A DNA stretch of 64,000 bases from a virus. Each line of letters begins with the position of its first letter. Position 1 is the stretch's first letter. Where the stretch lies: the IMG/VR virus record IMGVR_UViG_3300043470_000815. One strand, 5' to 3'. Below the pieces are notes generated by a model. The model made no database searches. It was not told the origin of the DNA and was given only the letters and a program-made list of their open reading frames with translations. A program made the position numbers and the translations under genes. Positions 1 to 10,072 of the stretch are shown here, one piece after another.

Positions 1-109
1 AATTATAAATTCAAAAGCACGATCACGTGATTCCATCAAGAAATCTATTTGCGTAATTAATGGTTCGATTAATTCCCGAACTTCTTCTTTGGTATATTCT
101 TTTTGCATA

Positions 110-547
110 CTAATAACTAAAAACCAACGTTGTCGAATATGATTCATTGTAGCCGGGAACGTCCACAGCGACTTTCCAACCTTTTTGTTCAAACACCTCT
201 TTAATTGTGTACGCATTCCATGAACCATCCGACTTTGGTAATTGATCCATTGTAATGTTGCGTTTTTGAATCAGCAATTTTTGAATCGCTTCACAAATAT
301 CAGGTGGTAAAGTAGCCAACGCAAATAATTCGGCGGGTGTTAATGGTTGTTGTAAATTTGGTTGCATTGTATTTGTAGTTTTAGTTAAATGATTGATTAA
401 TTCTTGGACTTGGGTGGGAGAAAGATATATTCCAGCGTCGTTACCGGAATTATCAGAAATGTAAACGAATCTATATTCGGGTTGGTGACTCACTGGCTCT
501 ACGACTAATACATCATTATTGTTCGTAAGTTTAAAAACATCACTCAT
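110..547 (-). CDS. hypothetical protein
   Basis: 145 aa ORF with its own upstream promoter (609-659). Confidence 0.6.
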   Translation of the reverse strand: MSDVFKLTNNNDVLVVEPVSHQPEYRFVYISDNSGNDAGIYLSPTQVQELINHLTKTTNTMQPNLQQPLTPAELFALATLPPDICEAIQKLLIQKRNITMDQLPKSDGSWNAYTIKEVFEQKGWKVAVDVPGYNESYSTTLVFSY

Positions 548-608
548 AATTTTTTATTGTTTAATTGTGTTTTAAATTATATGTGGTAAATGAAATTCAT
601 TTCCTTAG

Positions 609-659
609 CAAATATAAGGGTATTCAATTCATATAAAAAAATCTTTAACAATCTATTAA
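609..659 (-). promoter_or_regulatory. Bacteroidota-type promoter (TATATTTG) with upstream TTAAC-N5-RTTAA palindrome
   Basis: -7 box at 609-616 on minus strand; palindrome TTAACAATCTATTAA at 645-659, 28 nt away; one half overlaps a stop codon. Confidence 0.55.
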
Positions 660-1702
660 CAATAACCATACCCATCCAACCGTTCAAATAACCCATGAAT
701 ATATTCTACTAACTTTTCATCGTTATATTCGATATTAAAAGCACGTTTAAGATTTTCAACGAAGTATTGTTGATGGTGATGAAAATTGGGTAGTAACATA
801 TCAATTACAAAGTTTAAATCGCTAAAATCCCATTTACAATTCATAAAGTTTTTGGAATCGGAATAAATATTTGGTAAAGTTTGGATATGTTCCATATCAC
901 TTTTTATTAAAACACATCCTAACATTGCACTTTCAATATCCCTTGGTGCAATTTCACCATATCCAAACGGTGCAACTACAATTTTTGAACGGGACATTAA
1001 ATTGTAATATTGATCTATTGGAACTTTACCATTTTCAGCCGTTACGATTTTTACTTTATCCGTGATTTTATGTAATTGTTCAATACATTTACGACGGTGT
1101 TCTGTATAATATTGTGCGGTATTAATTTCCCATTCGGAATTTGGGGAGGCTGGATATTGAAACATTGCAAATACATCAATATCTTTTTTATATTTGGAAT
1201 AATCATACCATTGTGGTGTTACAGTTGATAACCAATTAGTTCCTGACAATTTAATATCGTGAAACTTTGGATTGACAAAATTATTAGATGAAATAGAATA
1301 ACCATCTTTTAACGAATGATTCCAATAAATCCGTCCGTTGGGTGTTCGTTTAGAATAATTCTGTACATTTTTATACATTGTATTCTTTAACAATAATTTA
1401 GCATCAGTTTCTTTAAAAACGTCCCAACTACCCATTAATGTTGCACTGTCTTGACCATCAATCAGTATAATATCCTGACCTTTAAACTTTTCTACAAATT
1501 TAATTCCATTTTTAACACTTTCATCGTATGGTTTAGATTTATCCATAAAACTTGCTTGTGCAATCCAAACCATGTCGTAGTCATTGCCGTGATCGGTGAA
1601 ATTTATACCAACCTCATTAAATAAATTATTCAGTTGAATATATTTTCGGAATGTCGTTTCATTTCGATGCTTTTCAACTTCTATTAGTTTAATTTTTAGC
1701 AT
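656..1702 (-). CDS. GT-B fold glycosyltransferase
   Basis: C-terminal SRSKIVVAPFGYGEIAPRDIESAMLGCVLIK nucleotide-sugar-binding-like segment; lies in GT cluster. Confidence 0.7.
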   Translation of the reverse strand: MLKIKLIEVEKHRNETTFRKYIQLNNLFNEVGINFTDHGNDYDMVWIAQASFMDKSKPYDESVKNGIKFVEKFKGQDIILIDGQDSATLMGSWDVFKETDAKLLLKNTMYKNVQNYSKRTPNGRIYWNHSLKDGYSISSNNFVNPKFHDIKLSGTNWLSTVTPQWYDYSKYKKDIDVFAMFQYPASPNSEWEINTAQYYTEHRRKCIEQLHKITDKVKIVTAENGKVPIDQYYNLMSRSKIVVAPFGYGEIAPRDIESAMLGCVLIKSDMEHIQTLPNIYSDSKNFMNCKWDFSDLNFVIDMLLPNFHHHQQYFVENLKRAFNIEYNDEKLVEYIHGLFERLDGYGYC

Positions 1703-2117
1703 TTTTATGATTAGGTTCAGATTTTAATATACCCAAACGTTCACTCATGTCAATTTGATCGTCGTTATTGTTTGGTGCTGGAACATTGAATAATGGTTTA
1801 AATAAATTTAATCTAAATAAACGATCTTTATAATTTTTATTATTCAATACTTTCAACGTTTTCAATATAGATTGATTTAAATATTCAACATTCGCCTTGG
1901 AGCAAAAATCCATTAGTTCTTCATAAGTGAAATTTTCAATATCACCTTTTAGATAATCTTCAATAGTAAATGTCGTAACCGTAACATTTACATTCGGATC
2001 GTCTTCTATTACTGGAGTTTCGGGTATGTCTTGAGCATAATCAATTTGGACAGGTGGTGTAATCTTTTTAAATTCAAATCCGAACCACCCCAACAATTTA
2101 TTCAATAAGTTTATCAT
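1689..2117 (-). CDS. hypothetical protein
   Basis: 142 aa ORF overlapping both neighbours in the operon. Confidence 0.6.
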   Translation of the reverse strand: MINLLNKLLGWFGFEFKKITPPVQIDYAQDIPETPVIEDDPNVNVTVTTFTIEDYLKGDIENFTYEELMDFCSKANVEYLNQSILKTLKVLNNKNYKDRLFRLNLFKPLFNVPAPNNNDDQIDMSERLGILKSEPNHKNAKN

Positions 2118-2751
2118 AAAAATTATTTTGTTTTATTTGACGTTCAATTGTTTTTGGATGATACAGGCAATAGTCAAAAGTATATCCATCATTTTTCCAA
2201 ATCGGTAAAGCCGTTTCCCAATCGTATCCATTTAAAGATTCGTGAACCGTGTTTATATACTTAATTTTCTTATTGTTCTTAAAAATTCGACACTGATTGT
2301 CGGGAAAATTTATGACATCAATACCGTTAATATTGTGCATTGACCACCCACACTGTTTTAAATATTCAGGTGTAATGCCTTCAACCGTATTCACACGTGG
2401 AACTTTAAAAACATCAATGTCTTTATTATCGGTTAATATCACTTTTAAGTATTTTAACAAAAATTCATCACAGTATTCATCGGCATCAATAACGAAAATA
2501 TAATCTTTAGTACAATGTTTAATCGCATTATTTTTAAATGTCGCAAAATCATTATTCAATGGATATTCAACATAAACAAATCGTTCATCTTTTTTATATT
2601 TGGATAAAACGGAAATTACTTCATCGGTAACGTTTCCTTGATCTCCTTGAACAACTATTTGATCGTGTTCATCAATATAACCAAACAATTGTTTCAATAA
2701 ACGATTTAATTCCAAATGTTCATTACAAACTGTTATACAAAAACTAATCAT
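2098..2751 (-). CDS. glycosyltransferase family 2
   Basis: N-terminal ISFCITVCNE, DYIFVIDADE (DxD) and VHE motifs. Confidence 0.85.
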   Translation of the reverse strand: MISFCITVCNEHLELNRLLKQLFGYIDEHDQIVVQGDQGNVTDEVISVLSKYKKDERFVYVEYPLNNDFATFKNNAIKHCTKDYIFVIDADEYCDEFLLKYLKVILTDNKDIDVFKVPRVNTVEGITPEYLKQCGWSMHNINGIDVINFPDNQCRIFKNNKKIKYINTVHESLNGYDWETALPIWKNDGYTFDYCLYHPKTIERQIKQNNFYDKLIE

Positions 2752-3184
2752 TAGTATGTTTAAAATTTAAAATATGATTAAAATTATTCAAGGCATCGAC
2801 AAATACATCAAAAACTAATTCAGTAGTGGTATCTAAAACATATACATCTTCACCGTTTAACAATGTTACTTCGTCGTTTGTAATATCTTCATCAACCGTT
2901 ATTTTACGAACTCCAACCACTTTCCATTCCGACTGGTTGGTGGGAATTAATACTAAATTTGGACTTACAATAATTAATTTGTACCACGTCTGACCTTTTT
3001 CATCGACATATTTGGTGTCTTTGATTATTTGTGGACAAACTTGTTCAAATGTTTCATCATAATTTTCACAATATTGATAACCCGTTTCCATACAAAGTTT
3101 TGTATTTCCATACAGATCATCAAATTCTTCAATGACACATAAATTTCCCGTGATGGGTGAAATTGAGTCAAACGATAACTTCAT
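2744..3184 (-). CDS. hypothetical protein
   Basis: 146 aa ORF in operon; SPITGNLC and CMETGY motifs. Confidence 0.6.
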   Translation of the reverse strand: MKLSFDSISPITGNLCVIEEFDDLYGNTKLCMETGYQYCENYDETFEQVCPQIIKDTKYVDEKGQTWYKLIIVSPNLVLIPTNQSEWKVVGVRKITVDEDITNDEVTLLNGEDVYVLDTTTELVFDVFVDALNNFNHILNFKHTND

Positions 3185-3229
3185 TATTTTATTCTTTTTA
3201 AAATTAAAAAATTTGGGTGGATGGGATTT

Positions 3230-4471
3230 TTACAATTTAACCAATTTTGGTAAATTCAACGTTATTGGTTTTTTATCATAAGCATCTAAGATACTTAATA
3301 ATCCTTCTTCCATTTTTGATAAACTGAAATTATCCTTGGTATATTTCGGATGTTTGCGGGATTTTTCTAAATATTTATCATAATATTCATACACATTATT
3401 CAATGTTTGACCAGCAAATTGATAATTGACGGTGAACCATTCCGAACCTTTAATTAACCATCGGTTGGCAGCCGAATCGTGTATTTTTGTCATCGAACCG
3501 GGCAATAATACAGCACCATGTTCTTTACTTAAAAAATCTAAATGTCCCGAATAATTACTTGCAATAACAGGCTTACCAGTGGTTGTAAATTCCAACAACG
3601 GAATCCCGAATCCTTCCGCGTGTGTTAAACTAACCATTGCCTTTATTTTTGGGTGATTATACAAAGCGTTCATTTCTTCATCACTTAAATCACCGTTCAA
3701 TAAATAAACATTTGGTAATGATCCACCAACCGTTTCCTGAATATAACGAATTTTTTCAATAATTTCATATTGTTCAACTTCACTAAATCCAGCACTGTTC
3801 ACTTTTAAAACTAAAGCAGGTCTATTTTTTACACCTTTACGTTTAAAAGTTTCAAAGAATAGTTGAATAGTCGCACCAATATTTTTACGATCTTCGCCAA
3901 TTGCACCCGCCAACCAAGTACCACAAACCAAAAAACAAAAATCTTCTTTGATCGCAGATAATTGTTTAAACGCAATTACATTGTTTTTATTGAAAATTTC
4001 TGTATCTACCCCTTCAAACAAAACTTTAATTGGAACTTTACATTTAATAACTTCTATTGTTTGGTTGGTATTTCGGTCTTTCTTTTCGATTTCAGTTTCT
4101 TCTAAAACTTTTTTCGTAAATTCCGATGGAACAATGACCAAATCCATTTTATTCGCACCTTCGATAAATTCCATACTGCAAACCGAACTTTCAGTTACAG
4201 CCGAAATTCCGATAGATACCTTTCCAAATCGTTGAAATTCGTTTGGAATACCAATTTGAATTGAAATATCGGGTTGTGATGTTACATTTCCGATATATTT
4301 GGCATATTTTTCTTTATTTGAAATTTGGGGGGTAGTTCCCCACCGGGTGGGATTGATCGTAATATCAAATTTATCCGTATGATTCAATAAAGAATCTACA
4401 ATTAATCGCGAATGTTGCCCGTAACCGCTTCTCGAAAAAATGGGCGAAGTAACAAAAATACTTTTTTTCAT
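3230..4471 (-). CDS. glycosyltransferase family 4 (RfaB-like)
   Basis: SRSGYGQHSR and HAEGFGIPLLEFTTTGKPVIASNYSGHLDF (EX7E). Confidence 0.9.
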   Translation of the reverse strand: MKKSIFVTSPIFSRSGYGQHSRLIVDSLLNHTDKFDITINPTRWGTTPQISNKEKYAKYIGNVTSQPDISIQIGIPNEFQRFGKVSIGISAVTESSVCSMEFIEGANKMDLVIVPSEFTKKVLEETEIEKKDRNTNQTIEVIKCKVPIKVLFEGVDTEIFNKNNVIAFKQLSAIKEDFCFLVCGTWLAGAIGEDRKNIGATIQLFFETFKRKGVKNRPALVLKVNSAGFSEVEQYEIIEKIRYIQETVGGSLPNVYLLNGDLSDEEMNALYNHPKIKAMVSLTHAEGFGIPLLEFTTTGKPVIASNYSGHLDFLSKEHGAVLLPGSMTKIHDSAANRWLIKGSEWFTVNYQFAGQTLNNVYEYYDKYLEKSRKHPKYTKDNFSLSKMEEGLLSILDAYDKKPITLNLPKLVKL

Positions 4472-5898
4472 TATAATAATCCTATATCGGTTTTAGGTGC
4501 TGGTTTAGTAATTTGTGTAATGGTAAATTTAGACTTTGGTTGAAACTTAGAAAACATTTCATTTACCGAATCTATAAATTTTTCACGCATAACATCCTGA
4601 TTCATAAAAGTATTCATATAATTTCTCCCCGCCAATCCACATACATTTCGTTCTTCTTTAGACTTTTGATAAACTTCCAGCAAATTATTTGCTAAATCTT
4701 CGGCATCAACAACATAATCAAAAATATACGGTGTTGGAATCGAACCCTGCAATTGTCTTGCACGTGGAATCATTGGTAACACCCATTTTCCGTATATATT
4801 ACAAGTTCCATTACTGTTTGACGGTTGTTGGTTGGTTGGTATCCAATATTGACCTGTTTCACCATCAATAATTCCCATTTGATCTTGTAAACCACCATGA
4901 ACAGGTGCAATTATCATAGTTTCAGCCATTAATGATTCGGCTGTTGATAATCCAAAACCTTCCGCCGAGGACATACTGACCGTTACATCTGCTAAATTAT
5001 AAAAATAATTCATTACTTGAACAGGTAATACTTCTTCATTGAAAATTACTTTGTAATTTGGACAAATATGTTTCTTAACAGCCATTAAATCCGTTCCATT
5101 TTGGTCAAGAATATGGGTTTTCATCAATAAGCAACATTTACTTGCTTGGTCGGGTGGTAACTCGTCGCAAAATTTCTTAAATCCCAAAATGACATCGGCT
5201 GGTTGTTTTCGCCTGATATTTCGACTATTCCAAAACACTACAAAATCAACATTGTGACGGCTTTTAAAATCTTGCCGCATTGCCGCAAAATCCAAATCGG
5301 TATCGGGTATTTTAAAGAATTTTGTATTATTTATTCCGTGTGGAACATAAGTACAAATTGTCTGTTCGCCTGTGATAACCTTATGAATAATATCGGTTTG
5401 TTTATTGATAGCCATTAATAAATCACACGATTTATAAAAAGGTTCATTCCAAAACGGTATTAGTTCACTATCCCAAATTGACCAATAAATGATTGGAATT
5501 TTATATTCCGCCCGAATTGTATGCTCATGTGGCCAAAATTCCATAAAATGTCTTGGATCGGTGAATAACATAACAGCGTCAGGTTTTTCAATTTCAAGTA
5601 CTTTGAAAAATCCATCATACGAAAAATAACCATTATGTTTATATTGTTTAACATATAAATCGGTCTTTCCCGTTTCTTTTTCTATCTGCTCGCTAATATC
5701 CACCGCCCTACCATGTTCGGGATGTGACAGTGCGGCTGCTAATTGAACCCAATCAAACTCCCCACACGTTTCATAAATTAACTCCTTGGCCATTGTTCCA
5801 ACGCCTGATGGAGAAAATATGTCATCGGTTAATATAAAAATCTTCTTTTTATTGCGATTTACGTTAATTTTTCGCAATTTCGGTAATTGTATCTGCAT
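4471..5898 (-). CDS. glycosyltransferase family 4 (RfaB-like)
   Basis: SGVGTMAKE, SRNIRRK and SSAEGFGLSTAESL (EX7E). Confidence 0.9.
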   Translation of the reverse strand: MQIQLPKLRKINVNRNKKKIFILTDDIFSPSGVGTMAKELIYETCGEFDWVQLAAALSHPEHGRAVDISEQIEKETGKTDLYVKQYKHNGYFSYDGFFKVLEIEKPDAVMLFTDPRHFMEFWPHEHTIRAEYKIPIIYWSIWDSELIPFWNEPFYKSCDLLMAINKQTDIIHKVITGEQTICTYVPHGINNTKFFKIPDTDLDFAAMRQDFKSRHNVDFVVFWNSRNIRRKQPADVILGFKKFCDELPPDQASKCCLLMKTHILDQNGTDLMAVKKHICPNYKVIFNEEVLPVQVMNYFYNLADVTVSMSSAEGFGLSTAESLMAETMIIAPVHGGLQDQMGIIDGETGQYWIPTNQQPSNSNGTCNIYGKWVLPMIPRARQLQGSIPTPYIFDYVVDAEDLANNLLEVYQKSKEERNVCGLAGRNYMNTFMNQDVMREKFIDSVNEMFSKFQPKSKFTITQITKPAPKTDIGLL

Positions 5899-5942
5899 TC
5901 AATTTTTTAAAGTTTGATTAAATTGATAAGGTATGGTAATTT

Positions 5943-6188
5943 CTACCAACTAATCCTAAATGATTCATTTTCGGTAACTTCAATTTGAAAACCATAAGCA
6001 TGTAAAGAATCACCAACCGTCCGATTAACGAACGCTCCCGTAAATTTTAAAAATGACACGTTTGGTTGTTTGAGAACTTCTGCCAAATCAACTAATACTT
6101 CGTGTAATGTCCATAGTTTGACAGGTATTTTGTTGTTGTTAATTGCTAAAAGTTTTGATCTTAATCGTTGTTGTGAATTAGTTTCCAT
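5943..6188 (-). CDS. hypothetical protein (possible paralog of 6188-6436)
   Basis: 81 aa ORF; C-terminal GFQIEV..F.ISW resembles neighbour. Confidence 0.55.
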   Translation of the reverse strand: METNSQQRLRSKLLAINNNKIPVKLWTLHEVLVDLAEVLKQPNVSFLKFTGAFVNRTVGDSLHAYGFQIEVTENESFRISW

Positions 6189-6436
6189 TAGTTTATCCAG
6201 TTTATTGTTAAATTAAATTTGTTATTTTTTTCTGCTACATTGACTCCAAATCCATCCTGCCTAAGTCTTTCTAAAGTGGATGGGTTAAATGGCTTATTCC
6301 CAACAATACCCAATGAGTATTTTCCTTTTTCGGCTTCGGCAAAGCATAATTTTTCAACAGTTAGAAATTCTAATGGATAATAGCCATTTTTTTCGTTAAC
6401 CTTATCCGCAATTTCTTTTAATTTTAGTTTTAGCAT
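6188..6436 (-). CDS. hypothetical protein
   Basis: 82 aa ORF; C-terminal GFGVNV..F.LTINW. Confidence 0.55.
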   Translation of the reverse strand: MLKLKLKEIADKVNEKNGYYPLEFLTVEKLCFAEAEKGKYSLGIVGNKPFNPSTLERLRQDGFGVNVAEKNNKFNLTINWIN

Positions 6437-6478
6437 GTTTTTTTATTGTTTAAATTGTTGAGATCAAATTATTCAATC

Positions 6479-6901
6479 CTACAAAAATATTATTTTTTTA
6501 TTCTTTTTGGCTGCTTTTATCAATAATTGCTGATAAATTTCACCAACTGCTACTCCGTCGTCATTTCCAAATACAATTGAATCACAATAGTTTAGTAATC
6601 GGTCATATCGGGAAATTATATATGTAAAATGATATGGTTTTCCATATTTAGTTTCATTTTCAACTGAAAAAATATTATGTTCAGTACAAAACGGATTATG
6701 TTCGGCATACATCATTTTTAAATCCAAAGCAGCCCGTTTTACATCATTTTCAAAACCAGTAGTATTTCCCCCACCCACAATTTCAATTGGAAAATTACAT
6801 TCAGTCTTAATCTTAAAAAGTAATTTTTTAACTTTTTGCGACTTAGTGATGCAATCGGGCGAACCTATAAATCCAATTTTTCTAAAATTATTTCGCTTCA
6901 T
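6479..6901 (-). CDS. SLOG/YspA-like (DUF2493-like) protein
   Basis: KIGFIGS, EIVGGG..G.E...K..A pattern and DSIVF. Confidence 0.55.
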   Translation of the reverse strand: MKRNNFRKIGFIGSPDCITKSQKVKKLLFKIKTECNFPIEIVGGGNTTGFENDVKRAALDLKMMYAEHNPFCTEHNIFSVENETKYGKPYHFTYIISRYDRLLNYCDSIVFGNDDGVAVGEIYQQLLIKAAKKNKKIIFL

Positions 6902-7823
6902 TTAAACGTTTACTTTTAGGACATTTATCTTCATCGTCTGCAAATTCACAGAAACGACAATTATAATTGTTATTTCCAGTTACAGCCAAATATTCACGGG
7001 TGGTATTGTATTTTCCATCGGTGAACGCATTGTCAATAAATGAATTAAACATTTTATTTACTTTATTTTGTGTTATTTTTCCGCTGGTTGGTTTGAACGT
7101 TGATACTCGTGGGTTTGGATATGCAGTATCAGTCATTACTTTCCGTTTCAAAATTATGTATTCAACACTAATATTATCTATTGGTACATTATATTGTTTG
7201 GCAAAATACAATTTATACAAAATCAATTGACTGATTTTTATTTCATCTTCTTTTTCCCATTTCGACCAACCTTTAGTAGATGTTTTCAGGTCTTTAATAA
7301 TAATTTCTTTGGTAAACTTATTTCTAAAAACAAGGTCTAAATAACTTATCAAACAAATTCCTTTTTCAACTACGAACAGCGGCAATTCGACTCCAATTAG
7401 TTCTTCATTTTTTCGATCAAAATACTTTGTTCGGTGCTTTCGCAAATATTCTAAAGTATTTAATCCATCAGTATAAAAATCTTTCATTTCTTCAACGCTA
7501 GAATAATGCACATTCGATTGTTGAAATCCTTTTAAGTATTCACTTCGTAGTTCTTCTTTTAAACGATGGGCAAAATCGTATTGATCCGATTTTTTTACCG
7601 TTTCTAAGTAAACAATTTTAATCCATTCCTGAATAACGGTGTGCATTGCTGTACCGAAAATAGCATGGATTGTTGATTCTTTTTTCTTAATTTTATCTAT
7701 GTAACATAATTTCCAATAATTTGGACATTTCATGTAAGATGAAAATTGCGAATAAGAAATATAAATTAGGTTGGTTGGTTTTTCATCAGTTTTAAATTCG
7801 GGTAAAACATAATTTATTTCCAT
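6888..7823 (-). CDS. PD-(D/E)XK nuclease, Cas4/AddB-like
   Basis: ISYSQF..Y.KCP, FGTAMH, LDLVF...DLKTS and C-terminal CRFCEF-x6-CP (4-Cys cluster). Confidence 0.85.
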   Translation of the reverse strand: MEINYVLPEFKTDEKPTNLIYISYSQFSSYMKCPNYWKLCYIDKIKKKESTIHAIFGTAMHTVIQEWIKIVYLETVKKSDQYDFAHRLKEELRSEYLKGFQQSNVHYSSVEEMKDFYTDGLNTLEYLRKHRTKYFDRKNEELIGVELPLFVVEKGICLISYLDLVFRNKFTKEIIIKDLKTSTKGWSKWEKEDEIKISQLILYKLYFAKQYNVPIDNISVEYIILKRKVMTDTAYPNPRVSTFKPTSGKITQNKVNKMFNSFIDNAFTDGKYNTTREYLAVTGNNNYNCRFCEFADDEDKCPKSKRLNEAK

Positions 7824-8278
7824 TCCCCCTTATTTACAATGATTGAAATATTTGAATAATTAGATAAATCATTTAATGTATCGTTTAGCGATTCATCAGC
7901 CGACCCATCCGAGTTTGTTAAAATTAATTGTCGCATCCGTGCCAACTTGTCACGCATTCTAAACCACAATCCGTATAACGCTTCTTTTTTATTTTCGGGA
8001 ATTTCCAAATCGACTTCTTCACCACCCGAAATATTAGTCATTCCATAACTTTTATTTTTTTCTTGGAAAAGTAAAAATTGTTCGGTTTGTTGTGTCGTAA
8101 AATGTGTTTCAATATTGGTAGGTTCAAAAATCATTCGCAAATCTTCTGCCAAAATTTCTTGGTCGGTGGAAGGTTGATTTTCTAAAGAATTGAACCATTC
8201 GATGGTTGGTTGGGTTGTATAATTTTTATTATTAGTCATTTTTAAAATCGTTTTTAATTTGTTTATCGGTAAATCCAT
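7814..8278 (-). CDS. DUF1599 / nucleotide-modification-associated domain 1 (Nmad1) protein
   Basis: KNKSYG..NI, GLWFRMRDKLAR, DESLNDTL.DLSNY; start probably 8239. Confidence 0.75.
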   Translation of the reverse strand: MDLPINKLKTILKMTNNKNYTTQPTIEWFNSLENQPSTDQEILAEDLRMIFEPTNIETHFTTQQTEQFLLFQEKNKSYGMTNISGGEEVDLEIPENKKEALYGLWFRMRDKLARMRQLILTNSDGSADESLNDTLNDLSNYSNISIIVNKGEWK

Positions 8279-8663
8279 ACCGTTTAAGTTCGTTATTTAT
8301 TTCCTGTTTGGTGGAACGCTTTAATATTTCAACAACTTCGTCGTCATTCATTTCAAATTGTTTAGATAGAAAATCAATGATTTTTTGTTGCTTATTTACC
8401 GTATTATTATTGATATATTTGTTATAAGATTTTTTCTTAGGTAGTATATCCAAATAAACATTATAAGTCATTTCATTGCCCAATGTAGGTGTATATTGCT
8501 GGATATAATTTACAAGTTCAATCATGTTATGATCCATAGACAAAAGTCGATTAATCATATATGGACTGAATTGCTTTTTATCATGGTCAGTCTGTTTATC
8601 CCACCCAACCTTATTAAAAGTTACATCAGTCAATAAGTCAAATATTGTTTTAGGCTTACTCAT
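8232..8663 (-). CDS. clamp loader small subunit (T4 gp62-like)
   Basis: IFDLL..V...K, FSPYMINRLLSM; close to the clamp loader ATPase. Confidence 0.7.
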   Translation of the reverse strand: MSKPKTIFDLLTDVTFNKVGWDKQTDHDKKQFSPYMINRLLSMDHNMIELVNYIQQYTPTLGNEMTYNVYLDILPKKKSYNKYINNNTVNKQQKIIDFLSKQFEMNDDEVVEILKRSTKQEINNELKRYGFTDKQIKNDFKND

Positions 8664-8871
8664 AAAATTTATGGATATTGTTTCGTAAAAAAATATATGA
8701 CATATATAGGCATATAAATAGTATCGGAAAATTCAAATACATCATATTGTAGTCATAATAGTCAAAAAGTTCAAATATTTGTTTGATTATCGACTTTACA
8801 AAATAAAATGATGTGAATGTTGCTGAAACTATAAAAACCCACCCTAATGTATTCGGCTTAAAAGTTTTCAT
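8656..8871 (-). CDS. hypothetical membrane protein
   Basis: two hydrophobic segments. Confidence 0.55.
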   Translation of the reverse strand: MKTFKPNTLGWVFIVSATFTSFYFVKSIIKQIFELFDYYDYNMMYLNFPILFICLYMSYIFLRNNIHKFYE

Positions 8872-9134
8872 TATACAATAATATTTCCGCTGCTTATTTT
8901 AGTCAATCCTAAACGTTGTTCCACATCCGTCATTCCCTCGGGAAAAAATTCTTTCATTGGTTCACCACAGTCAACGCACCTGAAAAACATAACAGGTACT
9001 ACCTGATCTGTTGGTGTCATTGTGTAAAGTTTACTAAACTTTCTAAGTATCATGGATTGCTCAAAAAATAATCCATTGCATGAAGCACATACAATTCCAG
9101 TGCTTTTTGATAAGTCAATTTGAGGTTGTTGCAT
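8871..9134 (-). CDS. zinc-ribbon hypothetical protein
   Basis: CASC...CVDC pair. Confidence 0.65.
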   Translation of the reverse strand: MQQPQIDLSKSTGIVCASCNGLFFEQSMILRKFSKLYTMTPTDQVVPVMFFRCVDCGEPMKEFFPEGMTDVEQRLGLTKISSGNIIV

Positions 9135-9136
9135 AT

Positions 9137-10072
9137 TTAAGTCTTAATAATATTTAAAATGTTTACAATAGTTGCCATTGCGTTAATTTCTTTATCAATT
9201 ACAAGTCCATCCCTGTATTGTCCTTCCGCCAAAGCCAAAATAACCAATCCCTTTTTTCCGTCTCCACAATATTTATCTAATTCATCGAATAAATAACGAT
9301 ACAAATCATTAAAATATTTAATTTTAGAATCTGCAATAGTTTGTCGAACGTCGTTGAATATTTGTTTAACTGTTGCTTTACTATTGAAAATTTCGACTAT
9401 TTTATTACAATAATCATTTACAATAATATTTTGTGTCGATAAAACTAATTCATTATTTAGTGAATTATCCTGTAAATAATTTATAATAGATCGTTGGTCG
9501 GGATAAAATTCTGTTATTACGACTGCTAAATCTTTTGTTGAAAATTTGACATTTTCCGATTCCAAAATAAATTTCATCCGTTTGGCAATTTCTATTTTGG
9601 GTGGACTTTCAATTTGAAATTGGGTGCAACGTGACCGTATGGCTGGATGAATGCGTTCTACATGGTTACACGTGAATATAAACCGTGATGATTTAGAAAA
9701 TGACTCAATGATGTTACGCAAAGATGCTTGGGCATTTATCGTAAGGTAATCTGACTCGTCACATATTACAATTTTCCAACGTTTAAATCCAATAGTGCTT
9801 ACAAATGATGTTATTTTTTCACGTACCATGTCCACATTGTTTTCACTGGAAGCATTGATATATAATACATCGGCATCTAATTTATTTGCAATTAGTTTAG
9901 CAATTGTGGTTTTACCAGTACCGGGTTTTTCGGAAAATAACAACAAATGATTGATTTCACCAACCTCCAGCCAATGTTCAATTTTCCGTTTAAATTCGTC
10001 ATCGGATACATATTCAGATAACTCGGTTGGGCGATATTTTTCAGCCCACCAACTGTTCTTTAAATTTGACAT
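9137..10072 (-). CDS. clamp loader AAA+ subunit (RFC small subunit / T4 gp44-like)
   Basis: WAEKYRP, GTGKTT, DESD, SRC motifs. Confidence 0.95.
   Translation of the reverse strand: MSNLKNSWWAEKYRPTELSEYVSDDEFKRKIEHWLEVGEINHLLLFSEKPGTGKTTIAKLIANKLDADVLYINASSENNVDMVREKITSFVSTIGFKRWKIVICDESDYLTINAQASLRNIIESFSKSSRFIFTCNHVERIHPAIRSRCTQFQIESPPKIEIAKRMKFILESENVKFSTKDLAVVITEFYPDQRSIINYLQDNSLNNELVLSTQNIIVNDYCNKIVEIFNSKATVKQIFNDVRQTIADSKIKYFNDLYRYLFDELDKYCGDGKKGLVILALAEGQYRDGLVIDKEINAMATIVNILNIIKT

Noticed and set aside
6888-7823. CRISPR adaptation module from the Cas4-like nuclease
   Set aside because: No cas1, cas2 or array nearby; solo Cas4-like nucleases are common in phages.
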